Of a DNA stretch of 64,000 bases, positions 38,628-46,857 are shown piece by piece; position 1 is the first letter of the stretch, and each line of letters opens with the position of its first letter. The notes under the pieces are model-generated. The model did not search any database and was not told the DNA's origin. It was given only the letters and a program-made list of their open reading frames with translations. The position numbers and the translations under genes were made by a program. This stretch comes from Smithella sp. (GTDB lineage: Bacteria; Desulfobacterota; Syntrophia; Syntrophales; Smithellaceae), in contig JAGOMJ010000002.1 in assembly GCA_017993615.1 (NCBI GenBank), forward strand, positions 13,508 through 77,507, read 5' to 3'.

Positions 38628-39878
38628 TCATTCTGTTCTGTGCAAGATGATGCAGGAATTGCATCCGCCGAAGCCGAACGCATTTTTCAAGACAAATTCC
38701 TGTTTAAGGTTCCTCGCACCTTCCGCGACGCAGTCTATTGCAATGTCCTGATCAGGACGATAATTGATCGTCGGCAAAACAATCTCTTTTTTCATGCCTT
38801 CCATCGCGAGGATGGCTTCAATGGCGCTGGAGGCGCCCATCGCATGGCCCATTTGAGATTTATTCGCCGATACCGGCGGCACATGGCCGCCGAAAATATT
38901 TTTCAAAGCATCGGCCTCCACTTTATCGCCGATCTTTGTTGACGTCGCATGCGCATTAACCGCATCGATGTCCTCCGGCTTTAATCCGGCATTGGCTATT
39001 GTTTCTTCGATGCACTTCCGCACAGTTGCCAAATTCGGGGACACAAAGTGACTGGCGTCCGATGTCATGGCCCATCCGGCCATTTCCATGCCGGACGGGA
39101 GCCCGTGGACTTTTGCAAATTCGCCCGTTGCCAGAATAATGCAACCGGCTCCTTCGGAAACGACAAAACCGCGCCGGTTTGCAGAAAACGGTCTGCTGGT
39201 TTTTTCCGGCGGTTCTTCAGGCTGTCCTTCTTTGGGCCGGTATGCGCCGTTCATCGTGGCAAAGCCCGCAACAATCGGCTCCACCAGCGGAAAATCGACC
39301 GCACCGGCAATCACCACATCCGCCATATTTCGCTGCAACAGCATCTCGCCAATGATCATCGACGTAATGCCGGTGGCACAGGCCGTGATGGTTGAACAAA
39401 TCGGTCCCGTTGCACCGGTGAGAATGGAGATCTTGCCGCCGACCATATTGATGCAGGAATTGGGATTGGTAAACGGATGAGGCAGCTTGCCGTCCTTCAC
39501 CATCAGGCGATCGGCCTGCAAAACGGCATCCAGTCCCCCGACCGCCGAGCTGAATGTGACGGCGACTCGGGGCGCGATGTCGCGCGTAATTTCAATCCCG
39601 CTGTTCTGCAAAGCGCGATGCACAACCAGCAGCGCGTATTTGAAAATGGGTGACGTCCAGTGCGCCATTTCTCTGGGCTGCAAAAACGGATACGGACCCG
39701 GATCGATTTCCTCCACCTCGCCGGCCACGCGTACCGGAAAATTTTCACTGAGCGGGAATCTGGTCAACCGGCCGATGCCGCTTTTTCCGGCAACCGCTTG
39801 CCGCCATTGTGCATCCAGCTGCGCCCCCAGTGACGATACGGCATCATAACCCACGATGACGGTTTTTTTCAACCCCAT
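38628..39878 (-). CDS. beta-ketoacyl-ACP synthase (elongating KAS I/II type), copy B
   Basis: 416 aa with TACATGITS, SDASHFVSP, VNAHATSTKIGD and GHAMGASSAIE. Confidence 0.85.
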   Translation of the reverse strand: MGLKKTVIVGYDAVSSLGAQLDAQWRQAVAGKSGIGRLTRFPLSENFPVRVAGEVEEIDPGPYPFLQPREMAHWTSPIFKYALLVVHRALQNSGIEITRDIAPRVAVTFSSAVGGLDAVLQADRLMVKDGKLPHPFTNPNSCINMVGGKISILTGATGPICSTITACATGITSMIIGEMLLQRNMADVVIAGAVDFPLVEPIVAGFATMNGAYRPKEGQPEEPPEKTSRPFSANRRGFVVSEGAGCIILATGEFAKVHGLPSGMEMAGWAMTSDASHFVSPNLATVRKCIEETIANAGLKPEDIDAVNAHATSTKIGDKVEADALKNIFGGHVPPVSANKSQMGHAMGASSAIEAILAMEGMKKEIVLPTINYRPDQDIAIDCVAEGARNLKQEFVLKNAFGFGGCNSCIILHRTE

Positions 39879-39967
39879 GCTCCGACCTTAAAAATAAATC
39901 GATATCCCCTGAAAATAAATTAAAGGGGGATTTTGATAGAGGGACCTATATCAAAATTTTCGGGGGA

Positions 39968-40972
39968 TTACCACGGAATAAAGTGATAGAGCTTGGCAAA
40001 CATCTCGTAAACTTCGATCCAGTTTTGCAGATCTCTGGTTGATTTCAGATGTTCACGCTTGTTGACCATGACCCAGCTCATATGCGCCGCGCCGTCTTTG
40101 CAGGTGGAGCAATCGCGTGTCGCGGACGTACAGCAGCGATGAACGGTTTTCAGATCGGATGCCCAGCGGGCAAAATGAATCAGCCGGCGGGGACGGTTTG
40201 CTCTGTTATCCAGGGCTTCGGTAACGGACGGACATTCATTCCAGCCGAAACGTCGTCCCATCATTTTCCCGGTGGTAATGATTTCATGATAGTATTTGCA
40301 GGAAATGACCGTCTGCGGATAGGTGTCGAGCATCTCATCCATTTCGTGACAAAGATCTTTGAGCTCGCCCTCCTGCCAGGAAAAACCGTCGACACCCTCG
40401 TCATTGGATAAAAGTTGCAAGTGGACTTTCAATCCGACATCGGCAATGCGTTTAATGACCGGTTCAATTTTGCCGACCTGCCGCGGCGTAATGGTATAAA
40501 GATAATAGGTATAGGCATCCCCTTCGTAATTTTTGCTGGAGACGGCAAACGTGTCGCGTCCGCGCAGAATTTTTTCATCTTCAGCGCTGCCCCAAAGCGA
40601 AATGCCCACCATCATATCGGGGAATCTGTCACGCGGAACTTTAATCAACCCGTTGGTGGCACAATACGTGGGCAGCCGTTTATAAAACGCCTCGACGCGG
40701 TCCAGACAAAGCGTCGGCTCACCGCCGATCAGAATCGCCAGGTTCACGCCCCTTTCTTTTTCGCGATCGATAAATGCTTCCCATTTTCCGATATCCATTT
40801 CTTCGACCGCCGCCTGATGCTCGCCCGAAGAAAAGAAAAAACAACCCTTGCAGCGTAAATTGCACCGGTTGGTCACATCATAGATGGAACTGCGGATATT
40901 CAGGTTGGAAATCCTTCTGTATCGATCGTGCCATTCTTTGTCCAGCAGGGAACTGACTGTTTTCATCTTCAC
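39968..40972 (-). CDS. radical SAM enzyme (paralog 1) with a C-terminal Cys cluster
   Basis: 334 aa with YDVTNRCNLRCKGCFFF (CxxxCxxC), IGGEPTL, ATNG and C-terminal RCCTSATRDCSTCKDG. Confidence 0.8.
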   Translation of the reverse strand: MKMKTVSSLLDKEWHDRYRRISNLNIRSSIYDVTNRCNLRCKGCFFFSSGEHQAAVEEMDIGKWEAFIDREKERGVNLAILIGGEPTLCLDRVEAFYKRLPTYCATNGLIKVPRDRFPDMMVGISLWGSAEDEKILRGRDTFAVSSKNYEGDAYTYYLYTITPRQVGKIEPVIKRIADVGLKVHLQLLSNDEGVDGFSWQEGELKDLCHEMDEMLDTYPQTVISCKYYHEIITTGKMMGRRFGWNECPSVTEALDNRANRPRRLIHFARWASDLKTVHRCCTSATRDCSTCKDGAAHMSWVMVNKREHLKSTRDLQNWIEVYEMFAKLYHFIPW

Positions 40973-41015
40973 TATCCTACATCATATCATTGCGACTTTA
41001 CATACCATCCGGATG

Positions 41016-42146
41016 TCATTTCGGGTGCAATGGCACGTTTTGTTTCTTTTCAACCGCCGCGCGCGGCGGTTCTATGATTTCATTACAGAGATTCTCACCC
41101 TTCTCATAGTTCATCACCCAGACCGCCAGATACGTATCGACATAATCCAGCCAGGATTTGAATGTGGCCAGATTCGTCACGTGGCGGTAGAGTCGCGCCG
41201 TCACCACTGCGGAGCCTGCAGCGTAATGGCGGCAGTCCGCGCAATCCGTATCCGGTACGCAGCAGGCCACCGACCGGTCCCAGTTCAGGTCCGTTCTGTA
41301 CTGCCTGAAAGATCTGCCCAGCCCGATATCCTGCGACGGATTCTGACGGGGATAGGAACAGCTGTAAAGATCGTGCAGGCCTTTTCGATGCGTATGCGCT
41401 ATGGCATTGTAAACGGAAAAAAGAACATTGCGCGGATATTGATTTAAAAGCTCAATCATGGTCTGTCTCGTTTGCTCAAGCGATGCATCATCATGCCGGA
41501 GATTTCCGGCATATCCGACCGGCGCAGAAAACACATTAAACGTTAATTTGCAGTCATGGGCGGCCAGCTCTTCCGTTACTTCGTTAACCTCATCAATATT
41601 ATTCCTCGTAAATGTATAGACAAAAACCGCGCGCGGATCGTTTTCGTAATTTTCAATCTGTTTTTTCAGAAGGTTTTTGGCCTTTCTGATTTTCAGGCTG
41701 GTTTCATCACTGCCCCAGACGGAGATGTGCAGTTTATAACCGACGGACGGTGGAATCTTTCTGAAGCCATTGGTGGCAATGCTGCCCAACGGCATTTCCT
41801 GATAACAGACCTCCAGCAATTCCGGAACAAGCGAAGGTTCCGCGCCCGCCAGAACGACGTAGGTTATACCGCGTGCTTTTTCCGCTCTCATCAATGCGCG
41901 CCAGGCCTCCACATCGCCGACCTCTTTGGCGAATTGCTTTTCGCCTTCATAATAATAGCAGCCGTCACAGCGGATATTACAGCGGTTGGTCATATCGTAA
42001 GTCGATTCGCGCAGAAAAAAATACTTTCTCACCTTCTCCCAGCGCGCTTTGACTTCGGGATGGGCTAGAAGCTCGGAAAATTTCGGTTTGACGGACTCCG
42101 TATTTACCTTGTTGTTTACCTGATTGGCCATCTCGCATTCTGTCAA
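41016..42146 (-). CDS. radical SAM enzyme (paralog 2) with a C-terminal Cys cluster
   Basis: 376 aa with YDMTNRCNIRCDGCYYY, AGAEPSL, ATNG and C-terminal ACCVPDTDCADCRHY. The start abuts the stop of the upstream ACP gene (0-nt gap). Confidence 0.8.
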   Translation of the reverse strand: MTECEMANQVNNKVNTESVKPKFSELLAHPEVKARWEKVRKYFFLRESTYDMTNRCNIRCDGCYYYEGEKQFAKEVGDVEAWRALMRAEKARGITYVVLAGAEPSLVPELLEVCYQEMPLGSIATNGFRKIPPSVGYKLHISVWGSDETSLKIRKAKNLLKKQIENYENDPRAVFVYTFTRNNIDEVNEVTEELAAHDCKLTFNVFSAPVGYAGNLRHDDASLEQTRQTMIELLNQYPRNVLFSVYNAIAHTHRKGLHDLYSCSYPRQNPSQDIGLGRSFRQYRTDLNWDRSVACCVPDTDCADCRHYAAGSAVVTARLYRHVTNLATFKSWLDYVDTYLAVWVMNYEKGENLCNEIIEPPRAAVEKKQNVPLHPK

Positions 42147-42437
42147 TTAATGTCTGACCGGAAGCCTTTCTTTAATATATTCTGAAATCAGACGAATGGT
42201 TTTCAACTGGGGATAATCATCCTCGTCTATGGTAATTCTGTATTCATCCTGAAGAACCAGTGCGATCGTGGCCAGGTCCATGCTGTCAATACCCAGTTCA
42301 TCCACCAGATCCATATCCGGATCAAAGGTATCCGCGGTCGCTTCTTCCAGCTTCAACTCATCAATAATGATTTCGGCTACACGCCGTATAATGCCTTTAA
42401 CATCTTGACTTGCAGGCATCACTTCCCTCCTTACCAT
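42147..42437 (-). CDS. acyl carrier protein (ACP-1)
   Basis: 96 aa with DLVDELGIDSMDLATIALVL (phosphopantetheine Ser in the DS motif). Confidence 0.8.
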   Translation of the reverse strand: MVRREVMPASQDVKGIIRRVAEIIIDELKLEEATADTFDPDMDLVDELGIDSMDLATIALVLQDEYRITIDEDDYPQLKTIRLISEYIKERLPVRH

Positions 42438-42458
42438 GCATATTTATATTTATTTTTA

Positions 42459-42830
42459 TCACATCATTTTTTTGGCAGCAATCATTCCGCTGCTGACCAT
42501 TGTATCTCTGCAAAAAATTTTAAAATGAAACAAGCGTTCTCCATCCGCCTCTGCCGCACGGATATTCAACGATAACTGATCACCCGGCCTTACCGGTTGC
42601 ATAAACCGGATTCTCTTCAAAGTATGCAATTCAAGCCGCTCGCCTTTCTTTTGCGCTTCCCGGTGAATGGCCTGCTTTACCGCATAAACCAGAGCAATGC
42701 CCGGAAGAATCGGCTCACCCGGAAAATGACCTGAAAACCAGGGGGAGTCTGCCGGGACATCGGCTAAGGCCTCGATATCATTAGAATCAGCTTCTCTTGT
42801 TTCTTTTAACAAATTCCATTGATTTTTCAA
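42459..42830 (-). CDS. FabZ-like hotdog dehydratase (non-canonical)
   Basis: 123 aa with SPWFSGHFPGEPILPGIALVYAVKQ. The His is present, but the position of the FabZ catalytic Glu is Tyr. Confidence 0.65.
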   Translation of the reverse strand: MKNQWNLLKETREADSNDIEALADVPADSPWFSGHFPGEPILPGIALVYAVKQAIHREAQKKGERLELHTLKRIRFMQPVRPGDQLSLNIRAAEADGERLFHFKIFCRDTMVSSGMIAAKKMM

Positions 42831-42957
42831 TCAATATACCTCATTGGCAAATGCCCGGCATACGTTCGGGGCCAAAAAGTATAACTGCATATCATTGTTT
42901 GCTTTTTCAATCAAAAATTTTTTACAAGGTCAACAATTAATTATAGATGACGCGATC

Positions 42958-43758
42958 TTACATCATTATGGATACGTGCCTGCCGATTAAATCGGCGAGG
43001 GGAACGACGTTTAACCCCTGTTTTTTTAGCCCCCGCAGTATCTTTTCGATTTCGACCAATAAAACAGCCTGGTTTCCCCCACCGCGCGGCAATGCATCGT
43101 GCAGCAATAAAATGTCGTCTGCTTTGACGCTGTGTAATATCCGGGAACTTAAATTTCTAATGCGACGGTTGCCGAAATCACCGCCTCGGCAACTGAATGT
43201 CACGCAAAACATTCCCAGTTTATCCAGGACGGACGGCAGTTTAGGGCTGATGATGCCCACAGGCGGCCGGAAAATCAACGTATTGACACCCCTGTCTTTC
43301 AGGATGTCCTGAGCTTTGGATACTTCGTTATAAAGATAACGATAACTGCCCAACATCAAAAACGGATTGTGATGGAATGAATGATTGCCGACGGTGTGCC
43401 CGCGTCGGATGATTTCCCTGACGATGTCCGGATGCTTCAAAGCATTGACACCGGAAACAAAAAAAGTCGCTTTGACCGAATAGCGATCCAGCAGATACAG
43501 AATCCGTCTTGTCGTCGGTTCGGCCGGTCCGTCGTCGAACGTCAGAGCAACGACATTCCTGCCGGTTCTCCCCCGGCTGATGACAGGCAGGTAGAAACTG
43601 CTTTGCGGGAAAAACGAAGCGGCAACGCACAGAACAATATAAAAAAGAGCGACGGCTGCCGCGGCCAGTGGATGAAAGAAAAAAATCACAGCCGCGGCAA
43701 GCAAAAGAATGACTCCGGTCATTTCAGCAGGGTTTGCAGATGACAATTTCTTTTTCAT
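42958..43758 (-). CDS. membrane-anchored polysaccharide deacetylase (NodB homology domain)
   Basis: 266 aa with two N-terminal TM segments, then VALTFDDGP and GNHSFHH NodB motifs. Confidence 0.75.
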   Translation of the reverse strand: MKKKLSSANPAEMTGVILLLAAAVIFFFHPLAAAAVALFYIVLCVAASFFPQSSFYLPVISRGRTGRNVVALTFDDGPAEPTTRRILYLLDRYSVKATFFVSGVNALKHPDIVREIIRRGHTVGNHSFHHNPFLMLGSYRYLYNEVSKAQDILKDRGVNTLIFRPPVGIISPKLPSVLDKLGMFCVTFSCRGGDFGNRRIRNLSSRILHSVKADDILLLHDALPRGGGNQAVLLVEIEKILRGLKKQGLNVVPLADLIGRHVSIMM

Positions 43759-43963
43759 GGATAACCGCTACACGGGTATGGTGCATTCCGTGAATGCGCC
43801 GTTTTGAACTGTCAGGGGAACAGTCCCTGCAATTCTGATGTTTCAGCCTCTCATATTTCCGGAGTCACTCTCAAGGGCACTTCGCCCGCCTCTGCGGGCA
43901 GGACAAAAAAAGCAGCATTGAGTTACGGTCCGGACGTTTTTAAATATTTACGAAGTTATATTT

Positions 43964-45340
43964 TTACTGAATCAGATACTCCCATAACGGTCCGGTGAAT
44001 CCGCGTCTGTAAAGTTTCGGCAGGATGCGTGTGGCCTTGGCTTCGCCGGCGCCGATCAGCCAGTTCAACCGGCCGTTGGCATGATTTTCCACCGTCTTCA
44101 TAATCTCTTCAACACGGATTCCCTGAGAACGGTAAAACACGGGCGGCAGAATATTTTCCCCCGCTTTGATCTGGCCTTCGCGCACGGCAACATCATAAAG
44201 CGCCGTGTGCGGGTAGATGCGAATGCCGCAGAAGAAAAAGAAGACCGCTCTTTCCAGCTTATCGATTCCCATCAGAGTTGCCTGCAGCGTTTCTTTGTTC
44301 TCGCCGGGACCGCCCAGCAGAAAATAATGCGCCACATATAATCCGGCGTCCAGCGCTTCGCGGTGCGCCGTGAAAACATTTTCCGACGTGAAGGGTTTAC
44401 GCAGATTCTCCAGCACCTGATCGGATAAAGATTCCGTGCCGAATTCCACGTGGGTCAAACCGGCATCCGCCAGACGCTTGAAGTAATCGGCTGGAGGAAC
44501 GGTGGAGGCAAAAAAACCTCCCCAGGGGATCGACACGCCCGCCTTCGTAAAAGCCTTCGCCACCTGAGCGCTGTGTTCGTAGCTGGCATTGAAGGCGGAA
44601 TCGGTAATAAAAATATATTTGGCACCGGCATCCTGTAATGCGCGGGCGCTGCGGGCGATCTCCTCCGGATCATAGCATCGCATCTTACCGCCCTCGATAT
44701 GGGGATAGGTACAGTAGCCGCAACGGAAGGGACAGCCCCGTTTTGTCTGGAGATTGAGCATTCCCCCGTACGCAAGATAAAAGCGCGTGTGAGTTTCTTC
44801 GGGATCAAAATGTCTGTTGAGTCTTCCGCCAAAAGGTTCGTAGACAATATCCGTTTTAACGCTGGTCAGGACACCGGGAATTTTGTTCACATCCTCATTT
44901 TTCTCCCACGCGTCCAGAAGCAGTGCAAGTCTTTCGCCTTCCCCCACGATTCCGTAATCGGCATCGAGCGCCTGCATGAACTCGCGGGGAAAAATCGTGA
45001 AGCCGCTGCCGCCCAGAATGATTTTAGCCCTGGAATTTTTTCTGATCTGGCCGACTAACGTCTCGTATTCGGTAAGAAAACTGCGACAGTTGATCGCATC
45101 GGTATTATCGATGTTTCTGATGGAAATTCCCACAACATCGGGAGAAAATTCCCTGATCATTGCTTCCAGTGTTTCCGGATGGGGAAAAACGTTCAGATCG
45201 ACAATTTTTGTCCGGTAGCGGTAATCCAGGCAACCGGCTACATAATCCAGCCCCAGCGGATACACCGGATACGGGTTTTTCAGAGTATTGGCGGAAATCA
45301 ACAGCACGTTCATCATAGGAATAGTGGTTGTTTTGCGCAC
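43964..45340 (-). CDS. B12-binding-domain radical SAM enzyme (class B type)
   Basis: 458 aa. N-terminal Rossmann-like VLLISAN..PLGLDYVAG, then KRGCPFRCGYCTYP (CxxxCxxC). The start is uncertain (GTG 45340 or ATG 45316/45313). Confidence 0.75.
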   Translation of the reverse strand: MRKTTTIPMMNVLLISANTLKNPYPVYPLGLDYVAGCLDYRYRTKIVDLNVFPHPETLEAMIREFSPDVVGISIRNIDNTDAINCRSFLTEYETLVGQIRKNSRAKIILGGSGFTIFPREFMQALDADYGIVGEGERLALLLDAWEKNEDVNKIPGVLTSVKTDIVYEPFGGRLNRHFDPEETHTRFYLAYGGMLNLQTKRGCPFRCGYCTYPHIEGGKMRCYDPEEIARSARALQDAGAKYIFITDSAFNASYEHSAQVAKAFTKAGVSIPWGGFFASTVPPADYFKRLADAGLTHVEFGTESLSDQVLENLRKPFTSENVFTAHREALDAGLYVAHYFLLGGPGENKETLQATLMGIDKLERAVFFFFCGIRIYPHTALYDVAVREGQIKAGENILPPVFYRSQGIRVEEIMKTVENHANGRLNWLIGAGEAKATRILPKLYRRGFTGPLWEYLIQ

Positions 45341-45347
45341 AATGACA

Positions 45348-45626
45348 TTAAACCGTTTTTTTCTGATGATTGAGGATATGATCGGCCAGCGCGCTGACGG
45401 AAGCGAAAACCTTTACCCCCAGTTTCTTGCTATCGATCTTGACGCCATAATCCTTTTCGATCATCATGACCAGTTCCAGCACATCGATGGAATCGATTCC
45501 CAGATCACCGCCGACCAACCGTTCATCGTCCTGGATGTCATCGGGGCCGACATCAATCAACCCCAGTGTCTCGATAATTTTGATTTTCAGTTCTCTTATC
45601 ATTTCTTCGGTGTTACTCATTCGCAT
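45348..45626 (-). CDS. acyl carrier protein (ACP-2)
   Basis: 92 aa with GDLGIDSIDVLELVMMIEKDYG. Confidence 0.8.
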   Translation of the reverse strand: MRMSNTEEMIRELKIKIIETLGLIDVGPDDIQDDERLVGGDLGIDSIDVLELVMMIEKDYGVKIDSKKLGVKVFASVSALADHILNHQKKTV

Positions 45627-46029
45627 CTCCTGTCATGTCGATATTTTTATTCGGCTTGGAGGCGATTATTTTCGCTTCGTCACCGAGAATTTTCTCCAGC
45701 ACCACTCTCACCACACATTTTCCGAGCGTTTTCGCATATTCGGGGCCGGTAAGATACATCCCCAGCATCATGATCAGCCACGAAAAACCGTAGGCCAGAG
45801 GAATGCCTATAACACCAACCATCGGTTTTCGCAACCTGGCAGCCATAAGCCCCACCATGAAGAACAACGGCAGAACGATGATGTAACTTAAAACAATCAG
45901 AACGATTCCGATGGTCACGCCAAGGGTGTGTTTCTCTTTCAGAAGACTCAAATCCGCGCATTCGTTAATGGCGTTCCGGCAGAATTCTTTTCGGGCAAAA
46001 TAGGCCGCCGTTTTTTTAACGATATTCAA
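45613..46029 (-). CDS. small membrane protein (about 3 TM), unknown function
   Basis: 138 aa with a TTG start and weak RBS. Hydrophobic segments are VTIGIVLIVLSYIIVLPLFFMVGLMA and IGIPLAYGFSWLIMMLGMYL. Overlaps the ACP-2 start by 14 nt. Confidence 0.4.
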   Translation of the reverse strand: MNIVKKTAAYFARKEFCRNAINECADLSLLKEKHTLGVTIGIVLIVLSYIIVLPLFFMVGLMAARLRKPMVGVIGIPLAYGFSWLIMMLGMYLTGPEYAKTLGKCVVRVVLEKILGDEAKIIASKPNKNIDMTGDANE

Positions 46030-46113
46030 AATATTTCCCTAAAAAACCAACGATCAATATTTTAATGATATTTTTCAGCAGAACCGGAAGAACAGCCTTG
46101 ATGATCAGACGGA

Positions 46114-46704
46114 TTACCTTTCCATGATTCCGCCGATCGAATATTTTGAACGGCGCGGGTAATCTTTGTAGGCAATATCCTTGAAAACACCGACACGGGC
46201 CTGTCCGACAGTGTAAATCAATTCATGATCCACATAAACGCGTCCATCGCCGATGACGATGCTTGCGCCGGATTCCTTCAGCATCGAATAACGACGCACA
46301 TCAACTTCATAGCGAACACATTTGTTAAAAGGGCGAATCTGACCGTTGAAAGCAACATCGCCGCACCCCAATGCCCTGCCTGTTCCCAGTGCACCCCTCC
46401 AAACGCAGAAAAAACCCAGCAATTGCCATAATCCGTCCACCCCGAGACATCCGGGCTGTACCGGATCGCCCTGGAAATGGCACTGAAAATACCAGGCGTC
46501 CGGTCTGATATCCTGTTCCGCAATTATTTTACCTTTCTTGCCGTCACTTTCAATGGACAATATGCGATCCACCATCAGAAAAGGCGGCGCCGGAAATTTC
46601 GCGTCAAAATGTTCCGGCGGATCGTCGACAAGCTTGCCGTAAGCAAACGCCAGAATTTCTTCAAAATCAAACCGGGCTCTCTTTAAAAATTCCTGATATT
46701 TCAT
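46114..46704 (-). CDS. fabA: 3-hydroxyacyl-ACP dehydratase/isomerase, FabA type
   Basis: 196 aa. PAPPFLMVDRI..WYFQCHFQGDPVQPGCLGVDGLWQLLGFF closely follows the E. coli FabA active-site region (His and Asp present). Confidence 0.8.
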   Translation of the reverse strand: MKYQEFLKRARFDFEEILAFAYGKLVDDPPEHFDAKFPAPPFLMVDRILSIESDGKKGKIIAEQDIRPDAWYFQCHFQGDPVQPGCLGVDGLWQLLGFFCVWRGALGTGRALGCGDVAFNGQIRPFNKCVRYEVDVRRYSMLKESGASIVIGDGRVYVDHELIYTVGQARVGVFKDIAYKDYPRRSKYSIGGIMER

Positions 46705-46766
46705 AATGGTTTCCCGCTTTGCTGAAAGGTCAACAACAAAAAACGTAAGATTTTATTTTAATTCTA

Positions 46767-46822
46767 TTTTGCATCCACTATCGAAAAAGGATTCTTTTGT
46801 CAAAAGAAAAATGGATGCAAAA
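46767..46822. promoter_or_regulatory. 11-bp perfect inverted repeat in the fabA/hrb divergent promoter region
   Basis: TTTTGCATCCA (46767-46777) ... 34 bp ... TGGATGCAAAA (46812-46822). It encloses a second palindrome, CTTTTG-t-CAAAAG (46794-46806). Confidence 0.4.
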
Positions 46823-46827
46823 TCTTT

Positions 46828-46857
46828 TTGACATTTCAATGGCACGAAATGCATAAT
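46828..46857 (+). promoter_or_regulatory. sigma70-like promoter for hrb
   Basis: TTGACA - 18 nt - CATAAT. RBS AAGGAG lies before ATG 46902. Confidence 0.45.

Noticed and set aside
43884-43911. GC hairpin GCCCGC-ctct-GCGGGC next to an A7/T7 run, in the 205-bp gap inside the lipid cluster.
   Set aside because: On the transcribed (minus) strand the T run precedes the hairpin, and on the plus strand an A run follows it. Neither orientation gives an intrinsic terminator.
35948-46704. Whether the radical SAM cluster is a RiPP locus, an aryl-polyene cluster or a PUFA synthase.
   Set aside because: I found no precursor-peptide-like small ORF in the gaps. Two ACPs plus two KAS point to acyl chemistry, not peptide chemistry. 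Aryl-polyene clusters, as I know them, lack radical SAM enzymes, and Pfa synthases are giant multidomain proteins. None of the three labels fits, so the locus is reported as an orphan.
46840-46855. Sigma54-like motif TGGCACGAAATGCAT upstream of hrb.
   Set aside because: The GG-to-GC spacing is 2 nt shorter than the canonical TGGCAC-N5-TTGC, and the -12 element does not align. A good sigma70 promoter overlaps the same sequence.
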